Shown here one piece after another: positions 1 through 7,334 of a DNA stretch of 64,000 nucleotides. Source of the DNA: an uncultured Phycisphaerales bacterium. Lineage in GTDB: Bacteria > Planctomycetota > B15-G4 > CAYZWU01. The notes beneath the pieces were generated by a model. It made no database searches and had not been told where the DNA came from. It saw only the letters and a list, made by a program, of their open reading frames with translations. The stretch spans positions 19,826 through 83,825 of the forward strand of contig CAZIUL010000003.1 in assembly GCA_964542475.1 (NCBI GenBank), written 5' to 3'. Made by a program: the position numbers and the translations under genes. Every line of letters begins with the position of its first letter. The stretch's first letter is position 1.

Positions 1-15
1 AACCGAAAGCAAAAC

Positions 16-1191
16 ATGAAAATACTCTGCATCTATCCCTTCCTGGACCTGGACTACAACAGCATTGCCCAGTCGATCCTTTACCTGGGCGCGCAGGGCC
101 ACGAGGTCAAGGTGATCACCGTGCGCAAAGCCGTGACCACCAAGGGCGGAATCGAGTCCGAGCCCGTGTCTGAATACCACAACGTTACCATTTACCGGCC
201 GTTCGAAAGCTTCAAGGAACAGTTCTCCGCTTCCGAAGAATGTGTGGGTAAAGCGCTCGCTTGTGTAGGTGAATTCAGGCCCGATCTTGTGTACTGCTCG
301 CTTCAGCACAACATGAAACTGGCGCGCAAGCTGTCCGCGCATTTTAAGGTACCCCTTGTGTTGCTGGTGGAGTTCGCCAGGGACCCGGCCCGGCTCCTTC
401 CATGGAAGGGGATGGGGCTCATGAAAAGGTGGGGCCTATCCTGGATCCTGACACCGGCGGCCAGGCTCTACTGGCGCAGCCTGGTCAACAGCTCCGATGC
501 GGTCATGGTAACCAACCCCGCTGACAAGCGGTTCATGGAAGAGATGGCCGGGCGCGGCAAGGACGCGACCTATGTGCCCTGGTGTACCCAGGTGCCCGAG
601 CTGGACCCGGGCAAGCGAATGCCTTGCACAGCTCTCCACGCGGGCGGTCTTATACGAATGAAAAACGCAGGAGCGCTCGCCCCTGCCATGGAAATCCTGC
701 TCAACAAAACGCCCACGGAACATTTCATTGTGGTGGGCCGCGGCAGGTACGGGAAAGCGGTGAGAGGCCTGGTAAAGCGGTACCCCGGCCGTGTAACCTA
801 TCATGAAGAACTCCCCAGGGAAAAAGTTCTGGAGCTCATAGCCGAAGCCGGCTACGCCTTTTTACCTGCAAGGGAAGGCGCTCTCGCTTTTATCGGTGAC
901 TGCTGGGGATTGAAGCTTCCCCTGGTAAGCCTTTACAACCCGGCCGGCCTGCTTGTGCCCGGCAAGGATGCGATTGTTACCAATGGAATGCGGGGTCTTG
1001 CCGATTCGGTAAACCGGCTTCTCGAGGATCCCCGCCTCGGGAACAGGATCGCTGACGCGGCCCATGAGCGTTATCTCGCCCAAAACACGGCTGAGAGTGT
1101 CGGTTCCCATTTCGAGAAGGTATACAAGCGCGTGCTCGAGAGGCGACCAAGCGGCCGCTCGGACAAAACGCTCGTTTGCAGCGCATCGTAG
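16..1191 (+). CDS. Glycosyltransferase, family 1 (GT4-like)
   Basis: 391 aa. The N-terminus (MKILCIYPF...) is Rossmann-like and the C-terminal half is typical of retaining GT-B glycosyltransferases. GC is normal for the host. Confidence 0.55.
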   Translation: MKILCIYPFLDLDYNSIAQSILYLGAQGHEVKVITVRKAVTTKGGIESEPVSEYHNVTIYRPFESFKEQFSASEECVGKALACVGEFRPDLVYCSLQHNMKLARKLSAHFKVPLVLLVEFARDPARLLPWKGMGLMKRWGLSWILTPAARLYWRSLVNSSDAVMVTNPADKRFMEEMAGRGKDATYVPWCTQVPELDPGKRMPCTALHAGGLIRMKNAGALAPAMEILLNKTPTEHFIVVGRGRYGKAVRGLVKRYPGRVTYHEELPREKVLELIAEAGYAFLPAREGALAFIGDCWGLKLPLVSLYNPAGLLVPGKDAIVTNGMRGLADSVNRLLEDPRLGNRIADAAHERYLAQNTAESVGSHFEKVYKRVLERRPSGRSDKTLVCSAS

Positions 1192-1613
1192 AAGGGGCGG
1201 TTCGCGAGCCGATCCTCTCCGTCATATCCAAATCTCCGTTTTATTGACAATCTCCATAACAATGGTATCCTCCGTGTCATGTTCAACATTGGTTTTCGGG
1301 AGTTCCAGCCACGGTTAATAGTCAGTGACACCGGCATTCACACTTTAAGATGCCCCTGGACCGGAGTTCCGAAGCCGGGCTTGGGAAAAACGGTCAAGCG
1401 GCACAACGAGTTACACGGAAGATGGTCTTTGACCAGCAGGCCCGATGCGCGATGATTCCCGTTCGTCCGGCACGGCAGGACAGCCCGACTGCCCAGGACG
1501 CCGGGCGAGGAGTGAATGGAACGACGGACAAAAAGGGCTGCAAGAAGGAGAATGTCTAGAAGAACTAGTTATGTTTCAAAAGCGATATGCGGTTTTTACA
1601 TACATAGGAATAA

Positions 1614-3110
1614 ATGATGGCTACTCACATCATTAGACTGCCAGGCGGGGAATGGGAATACGATGACACAAAACCTCTAGGGAAAGCTGGTGGATTCGGC
1701 GAAGTCTTTCTCGGCAAGGGCAAAAACGAGGCAGTTGCCGTCAAGCGCCTGAAAATTAGCGCTGATCAAGCAGCACATCGCGAATTGAAAATCGGGCAAA
1801 GTCTACTGCAACAATCATTTGATCACGTTGTGCCAGTACTAGATGCGGGACAAGATTCAGAGACAGATCGGTATTTTCTAGTAATGCCCGTTTGCGATTT
1901 CAGCCTGCAAGATAAAATTAACGAAGCAGGAGGAGCAGTTGATGGAGCAATGGCGAAATCTGCAATTGTAGAAATTATTGCAGGGCTCTCTGAAGTATCG
2001 AATATCACGCATAGAGATTTGAAGCCTGCTAATGTCTTATACCATAAAGGTGCATGGAAAATCGCAGATTTCGGAATAGCAAAGTTTGTCGAAGACTCGA
2101 CGTCATTAGAAACACTTAGGAATAGCCTAACTCCCACGTACGCGGCTCCAGAGCAGTGGAAAGGAGAACGCCCCACCACACCCACCGACGTCTACGCGCT
2201 TGGCTGCATTATTCATGCACTATTTACTGGGAGCCCACCCTTCAATGGCTCTATAGACGATATCCGGGAGGGCCACTTACATAAAGCACCCGATACACTA
2301 GCTGTATTACCCCCGCGTTTTGCAGCATTTGTTTCGCACATGTTGAGAAAGCCACCGAACGCTAGGCCAACATTAGGCCGTTGTGAAAAAGTCTTTTCAG
2401 AATTCGATATTACCTCAAGCGATTCCGATTCAACACACCTATTAATTGAAGAAGCAGCAAAACAAGTGGCTGAGAGAGAGGCCCAAGAAGAAGCACGTAA
2501 TCAAGCGGCTGCTGCTTTACGTCAAGAACGAGAAGAACTCTTTGCCGACGCGAAGGCAAATTTGCTATCCATAAAAGAGCACCTGTTTTCAAAGATCAGA
2601 GAATCATCTGAAAGCGTGAAAACCGATCATAGAGGAGATTTGCAATTTGGAGAGGCAAAACTCAACTTCATGCTGGACCCGGAATTGTTAGAGGAGTTTG
2701 TTTTAGCGAGGCATTCAAAAGGTGGAAAGCCATACAGCTATACTGGCTGGGATGTCTTAGCATGGTCAATTATTAGCGTGACTTGTGCCCGAACTTCGTA
2801 TACATGGTCTGCTTCATTATTGTTTGCTGATTTGAAAGATGATAACGGATTCAGATGGTACGAATTGTCCTTCTGGACATTAGCGCAAAATAAAAGCAAG
2901 GATGAACCATATGGTTTAGAGGGCTATATAGCCGACATTGATCTTGCATGTGGAAATATTATACATAGTGTAAATGTCGCATACGGTCCGTTACCTATAG
3001 ATGGGGAAGATGAAGAAAGTTTTATTTCGAGATGGGTTGGGTTGGTTGCCAAAGCTGCAATTGGCAATCTTAATAGACCAAGCGGAATGCCGGTGCGTGA
3101 TTTCAGGTGA
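1614..3110 (+). CDS. Hanks-type (eukaryotic-like) Ser/Thr protein kinase with an uncharacterised C-terminal domain
   Basis: 498 aa. Glycine loop LGKAGGFGEV, VAVKRLK lysine, catalytic loop HRDLKPANVL, DFGIAKF and TPTYAAPE are all intact. Residues ~290-350 are coiled-coil-like (EAQEEARNQAAAALRQEREELF). There is then a ~170-aa Trp/Tyr-rich domain with no motif I recognise. A possible RBS (aggaa) sits ~7 nt upstream. The gene lies in a lower-GC segment. Confidence 0.85.
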   Translation: MMATHIIRLPGGEWEYDDTKPLGKAGGFGEVFLGKGKNEAVAVKRLKISADQAAHRELKIGQSLLQQSFDHVVPVLDAGQDSETDRYFLVMPVCDFSLQDKINEAGGAVDGAMAKSAIVEIIAGLSEVSNITHRDLKPANVLYHKGAWKIADFGIAKFVEDSTSLETLRNSLTPTYAAPEQWKGERPTTPTDVYALGCIIHALFTGSPPFNGSIDDIREGHLHKAPDTLAVLPPRFAAFVSHMLRKPPNARPTLGRCEKVFSEFDITSSDSDSTHLLIEEAAKQVAEREAQEEARNQAAAALRQEREELFADAKANLLSIKEHLFSKIRESSESVKTDHRGDLQFGEAKLNFMLDPELLEEFVLARHSKGGKPYSYTGWDVLAWSIISVTCARTSYTWSASLLFADLKDDNGFRWYELSFWTLAQNKSKDEPYGLEGYIADIDLACGNIIHSVNVAYGPLPIDGEDEESFISRWVGLVAKAAIGNLNRPSGMPVRDFR

Positions 3111-3154
3111 AAACATAACAATGCCATAAACACGGACCGCAAAAAGCTACACTG

Positions 3155-3535
3155 ATGGGTGAAGACAGTGCAACATTTCAACTGTGGCCGGTCACAGCTA
3201 AATTGGACAAATCCCTACCGGAAACAGAAAAGATTGAGACCCTTATCGTCTCGCTCAAGCAACTTGTCGGAGCCACCTTCATCCGCAATGGACAAGAGCA
3301 CACGCTGGATGATGCAATTACACACATGAGGGAAAAATGGGAACGGAAGAAGTCGGAGATCAAAACAGCAGACGACTTCATCAGGATCGCAGGTTCGAAA
3401 TCGTCAAACAGCGGCAAACCGTATGTCCTTAAGATGCCCGATGGGACTGAGGTCGAAACAGAAGAATGGTTCAGAAGGCAACTGGAAGCAATGGAGAAAC
3501 TCCCCAACAAAGCCATCGACAGCAGCAAGAAATAG
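3155..3535 (+). CDS. Hypothetical small protein (126 aa), co-oriented between the kinase and the ATPase
   Basis: The ORF is 45 bp downstream of the kinase stop and has lower GC. It has no recognisable motif and no clear Shine-Dalgarno sequence. Confidence 0.4.
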   Translation: MGEDSATFQLWPVTAKLDKSLPETEKIETLIVSLKQLVGATFIRNGQEHTLDDAITHMREKWERKKSEIKTADDFIRIAGSKSSNSGKPYVLKMPDGTEVETEEWFRRQLEAMEKLPNKAIDSSKK

Positions 3536-3915
3536 CCGCGCTTCGCACGGCCATTTCTTACATGTCATGGCGACCGTTAGCTGGACAAGAGAAATGGTTA
3601 ACAAGATCAAATCGTATACATCAAGAAACCCTTTGGTCTGCAAAACGCTGACTTGGTATGTACTTTTTTGTTTAATTTATCCACTGAGTCAAAATGTAAA
3701 TTCTATTCAAGGCCTTCAATTAGAAGCACGCCGCTGGAGTAGGGCTACCGACATATGAAACTGGCCAACATCTGCTTTCAGCAGACCAGCGCGTCTGTCA
3801 CTGCGGCAGCTGAAACCAATGTTGGGCTACAGCACCATTTACTTCTTAAGGTGCTGATATCAACAGAGTAACGGCGAATCAACCTTGCCATACACAATAA
3901 AGTAAATTTAGCCTC

Positions 3916-3944
3916 TTGTATAAATTTAGAATCTATGCTAAGTT
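3916..3944 (+). promoter_or_regulatory. Candidate sigma70-like promoter (TTGTAT-17 nt-TAAGTT) ~10 nt upstream of the ATPase ATG
   Basis: It lies in a 418-bp AT-rich spacer. The -35/-10-like hexamers have a 17-nt spacer. There is no SD before the ATG at 3954, which suggests a leaderless or non-SD start. Confidence 0.2.
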
Positions 3945-3953
3945 GCCCTTACT

Positions 3954-5174
3954 ATGGCTGAGGAATTCTCAAATCCATTTCGTCCGGGAGCGGGCCACAA
4001 ACCTCCATACCTAGCAGGTCGCGCCGAGGAGACCAAGGAATTTAGGCGTTTGCTTGAACAGAAGGTGATTCTGGAGAATCTCGTCCTCACAGGGCTACGG
4101 GGTGTTGGGAAGACGGTCCTCTTGGACACGTTGAAACCTATCGCTATCCAGGAAAAATGGCGCTGGGTTGGCACCGATTTATCCGAGTCATCCAGCATCA
4201 GCGAAGAGAGAATAGTCCTTCGTCTTCTCACAGATCTGTCCGTCCTGACGGCATCATTCGTAATCGGAGAACGCGAACGATCAAATATCGGATTTGGAGC
4301 GACCCCCTCCCGAGATGAAATCAAGCTTGATTTTCAGACTCTGCAGTCAATCTATACGTCCACACCAGGCCTGCCCTCCGACAAACTCAAGCGGGTCCTG
4401 GAGGTCGTTTGGTCTGTCCTGAAGCAGACCTCTGATAGCGGGTTGATCTTCGCCTATGACGAAGCCCAGAACTTGGCGGACCACGCCGCTAAAGACAACT
4501 ACCCACTTTCCTTGCTCCTTGACGTCTTTCAATCTATTCAGAAGAAAGACATCCCATTCATGCTTATCCTGGTTGGGCTCCCACCGCTCTTCCCCAAGCT
4601 GGTGGAGGCCCGAACCTTTGCTGAGCGTATGTTCCGTGTTGTGTTCTTAGATAGCCTCAAAAAGCCGGAAAGCCGAGACGCGATACTGAAACCAATCGAG
4701 AACGCCCACTGCCCTGTCAGGCTAGATGAGCTATCCATCAAACTCATCGTAGAAGTTTCAGGTGGCTACCCTTACCTCATTCAGTTCGTCTGTCACGAGG
4801 TCTATGACACATTCGCGCAGGGACAAACCTCGGTTCCAGTTGCCGAAATTACAAGAAAACTGGACTCTGATTTCTTTGCGGGTCGCTGGGCTCGCGCAAC
4901 TGACCGCCAGCGGGAATTGATGATAGTCATCGCGCAACTGGACACCTCCGCGGCCGAGTTTACCGTCCAGGAAATCGCCGAGAAGTCCAAGCAACTGTTG
5001 GACAGGCCGTTTAGCTCGAGTCACATCAATCAGATGCTCGTGGCGCTCTCGAACTCGGGTTTGATTTACAAGAACAGGCACGGACGTTACTCCTTCGCGG
5101 TGCCGTTGCTTAACCAGTTCATCCGCCGCCAGATATCAAACGAGTACGAGACACCGCCAAACGACGGGTTGTAG
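3954..5174 (+). CDS. AAA/STAND-like ATPase (Arch_ATPase / AAA_16-like) with a C-terminal winged-helix (DUF234-like) domain
   Basis: 406 aa. The N-terminus NPFRPGAGHKPPYLAGRAEE...LL is characteristic of this ATPase family. There is a Walker A (GLRGVGKT) and a Walker B-like motif (LIFAYDEAQN). The C-terminal tail (RYSFAVPLLNQFIRRQ) is wHTH-like. Confidence 0.7.
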   Translation: MAEEFSNPFRPGAGHKPPYLAGRAEETKEFRRLLEQKVILENLVLTGLRGVGKTVLLDTLKPIAIQEKWRWVGTDLSESSSISEERIVLRLLTDLSVLTASFVIGERERSNIGFGATPSRDEIKLDFQTLQSIYTSTPGLPSDKLKRVLEVVWSVLKQTSDSGLIFAYDEAQNLADHAAKDNYPLSLLLDVFQSIQKKDIPFMLILVGLPPLFPKLVEARTFAERMFRVVFLDSLKKPESRDAILKPIENAHCPVRLDELSIKLIVEVSGGYPYLIQFVCHEVYDTFAQGQTSVPVAEITRKLDSDFFAGRWARATDRQRELMIVIAQLDTSAAEFTVQEIAEKSKQLLDRPFSSSHINQMLVALSNSGLIYKNRHGRYSFAVPLLNQFIRRQISNEYETPPNDGL

Positions 5175-5377
5175 AAACTCTTCCAGGAGGCAAGGTTTCC
5201 ACGAGTTGGCAGCCCAACAGGGATTTCAGCAAATAATCGCCTTCGCCGGAGACGGAAAGCTTAGAGACGAAAGCGATGCTGCGGCGGATCTCCTGGACGA
5301 CATTTCTTTTCTTAGCCATTTCATTGCTCCGTAATCAGGCCCAGGTCCTAATGTACGGAGTCGAGACGCGTCGTCAA

Positions 5378-5412
5378 CCTCTTAGGGAATGGTTCTATGA
5401 ATCCCTAAGAGG
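5378..5412. repeat. Perfect 11-bp inverted repeat (CCTCTTAGGGA ... TCCCTAAGAGG) with a 13-nt loop
   Basis: Read directly from the sequence. It lies at the right edge of the lower-GC island, downstream of the ATPase gene. No U-tract follows it. Confidence 0.6.
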
Positions 5413-5557
5413 CTGTCGACTCTCACTTAGCTCGAAATTATTTCGTTTCTCAAATTGGTTGACGTTGAACAGTCTGCTATAGAGGCGATCATGAAATCCG
5501 GCCACTGAAGATCTTCCCCTTTTCAAGGCGCACTGAAATACGCGTGCTAATTAAAAA

Positions 5558-5613
5558 ATCCGTATTAATCCGTGTCCATCCGTGGTTCTCTTTTTCTTTC
5601 TTCCTCCTCTTCC
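5558..5613 (+). repeat. Repeat family A, copy 1: three 10-bp-phased ATCCGT direct repeats followed by a polypyrimidine tract
   Basis: The sequence is aATCCGTattaATCCGTgtccATCCGTggttctctttttctttcttcctcct. It lies 45-100 bp upstream of sirC. Near-identical copies occur at 8885-8929 (inverted) and 11606-11640. Confidence 0.7.
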
Positions 5614-5655
5614 TAAAGCTTCCCCTCCCTCTGGACGCCTTTCCGGGAATACACT

Positions 5656-6339
5656 ATGATGGCCGGCTGGAGCAAAAACGACATGGCGGACCTTTATCCC
5701 GTATTCATCGACCTCGAAAACAAACCCTGCCTCGTGGTGGGGGGCGGAAGGGTTGCGCTCAGAAAGATCGAGGCCCTGCTCGGGGCGGGCGCTGAAGTGA
5801 CGGTTGTTGACCCGCATCCGGACCCGGAGCTTTGTTCCATGGCCGGTGCCGGTAAGCTCGTGCTGTCGGAGCGCCCTTTTGAAAGCGGCCTTGTGTGCGG
5901 AATGTGGCTCGTCTTCTGCGCGACCGATGACAAGGAGGTGAACCGCTCCGTGTACGAGGCCTGCGAAAAGATGCGCATCCCGGCAAACGTTGCGGACGAC
6001 CCCGCGCTCTGCAGGTTCCACGTGCCTGCCAGGTACACCGAAGGCCTGCTCCAGGCGGCTGTTTCCACACGCGGAGGCAGCCCGGCGTTCAGCCGCCATC
6101 TCCGCATCGAGCTCGAAAAGCGGTTCTCCCCATGGGCCCCGCTCCTCGTGGAGTGGCTGAATGCGCTCCGGCCGCGGCTGAAAGAGATCGTGCCGGATGA
6201 TGCGAAACAGCGCGGTGAGTTCTTGAAAAAGCTCATCGAACACAACGGGAAAAAGATCGAAGCCTTTGCCCGTGAGGGTGATGTAAAATCGTTCGACAAG
6301 CTTGTCGCGGCAGAGCTTCGCAAGATAACAAAAGGCTGA
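5656..6339 (+). CDS. sirC: Precorrin-2 dehydrogenase / sirohydrochlorin ferrochelatase (siroheme synthase N-terminal-type, SirC/Met8-like)
   Basis: VVGGGRVALRKIEALLGAGAEVTVV is an NAD-binding motif that matches the CysG N-domain. The gene is 227 aa and is followed by hemC and cobA/hemD. Confidence 0.75.
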   Translation: MMAGWSKNDMADLYPVFIDLENKPCLVVGGGRVALRKIEALLGAGAEVTVVDPHPDPELCSMAGAGKLVLSERPFESGLVCGMWLVFCATDDKEVNRSVYEACEKMRIPANVADDPALCRFHVPARYTEGLLQAAVSTRGGSPAFSRHLRIELEKRFSPWAPLLVEWLNALRPRLKEIVPDDAKQRGEFLKKLIEHNGKKIEAFAREGDVKSFDKLVAAELRKITKG

Positions 6340-6395
6340 GCTTTCATGAAAGCCGGCAACAGCTCCCCGCTTTTGCGGCTTTTGAAAGGCTGTTC

Positions 6396-7334
6396 ATGCG
6401 TCCAAAGGAACAATCTGTAAGGATCGGCACGCGCGGAAGCAGGCTTGCGCTGATACAGGCGCATTCCGTGCAGTCGGCCCTGACAGCCCGCTGCCCCGGG
6501 CTTGGCACCGAAATCATGACCATCAAGAGCGAGGGGGAAAAGAAGCCGTCAACCGATCTCAGGGAGATCTCGGGGGACGGAATCTTTACAAAGGAGCTCG
6601 ACCTTGCCCTCATCGCGCGCCGCATCGACCTGGCCGTGCATTCCATGAAAGACCTCCCCACCAGCATGCACGAAGGTGTCGAGCTTGCAGCGGTTACAGG
6701 CAGGGAAGAGCCCGGGGAAGCGTTTGTATCCGATTCGTACGACAAGCTCGACGAGCTCCCAAAGGGCGCGCGTGTTGGAACAGGAAGCCCGCGCCGCAAG
6801 GCGCAGCTCCTTTTTGCGAGGCCTGATCTCGAAATCGTCTCCATGAGGGGCAACGTGGAAACCCGGCTCGACAAAATGGGGCGCGGCCAGGCTGACGCCC
6901 TGATCCTGGCGTGCGCAGGGCTGCACAGGCTCGGGCTCGAGGCAAGGATCAGGGAACGCCTTCCGATCGACGCCTTTGTGCCCCCGCCGGGCCAGGGCAC
7001 GATCGGCATAACAATGCGCTCGGGGGACGGCAAAACAGCTTCCCTTGCCTCGCTCGTGAACGACATTGAAACCGCCGCCGCAACAGCGGCTGAAAGGGCG
7101 TTCCTCGTGCGTCTCGGCGGCGGGTGCAAGACACCTATCGCGTGCCATGCCGTGTCAAAAGAAGGGCGGCTCGACGTGATCGGGTTCGTTGCTTCCCCGG
7201 ACGGCACCGCCGTGATAAAAGAAAGCGCATCCGGCCCCGCGGAAAACGGGGCTGATATCGGCGTGGCGCTCGCTCAAAAGCTCCTGTCGCTTGGCGCGGG
7301 CGCGATCCTCGCGGAGAACGAGCATGGCGGATAA
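6396..7334 (+). CDS. hemC: Porphobilinogen deaminase (hydroxymethylbilane synthase)
   Basis: VRIGTRGSRLALIQAHSV is the classic HemC N-terminal signature. The gene is 312 aa. Confidence 0.9.
   Translation: MRPKEQSVRIGTRGSRLALIQAHSVQSALTARCPGLGTEIMTIKSEGEKKPSTDLREISGDGIFTKELDLALIARRIDLAVHSMKDLPTSMHEGVELAAVTGREEPGEAFVSDSYDKLDELPKGARVGTGSPRRKAQLLFARPDLEIVSMRGNVETRLDKMGRGQADALILACAGLHRLGLEARIRERLPIDAFVPPPGQGTIGITMRSGDGKTASLASLVNDIETAAATAAERAFLVRLGGGCKTPIACHAVSKEGRLDVIGFVASPDGTAVIKESASGPAENGADIGVALAQKLLSLGAGAILAENEHGG

Noticed and set aside
1200-5540. Prophage or integrative element call for the lower-GC island
   Set aside because: There is no integrase, recombinase, transposase, tRNA/tmRNA attachment site or flanking direct repeat that I could see. 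Only compositional and boundary-structure evidence exists, so it is reported as an island of unknown origin.
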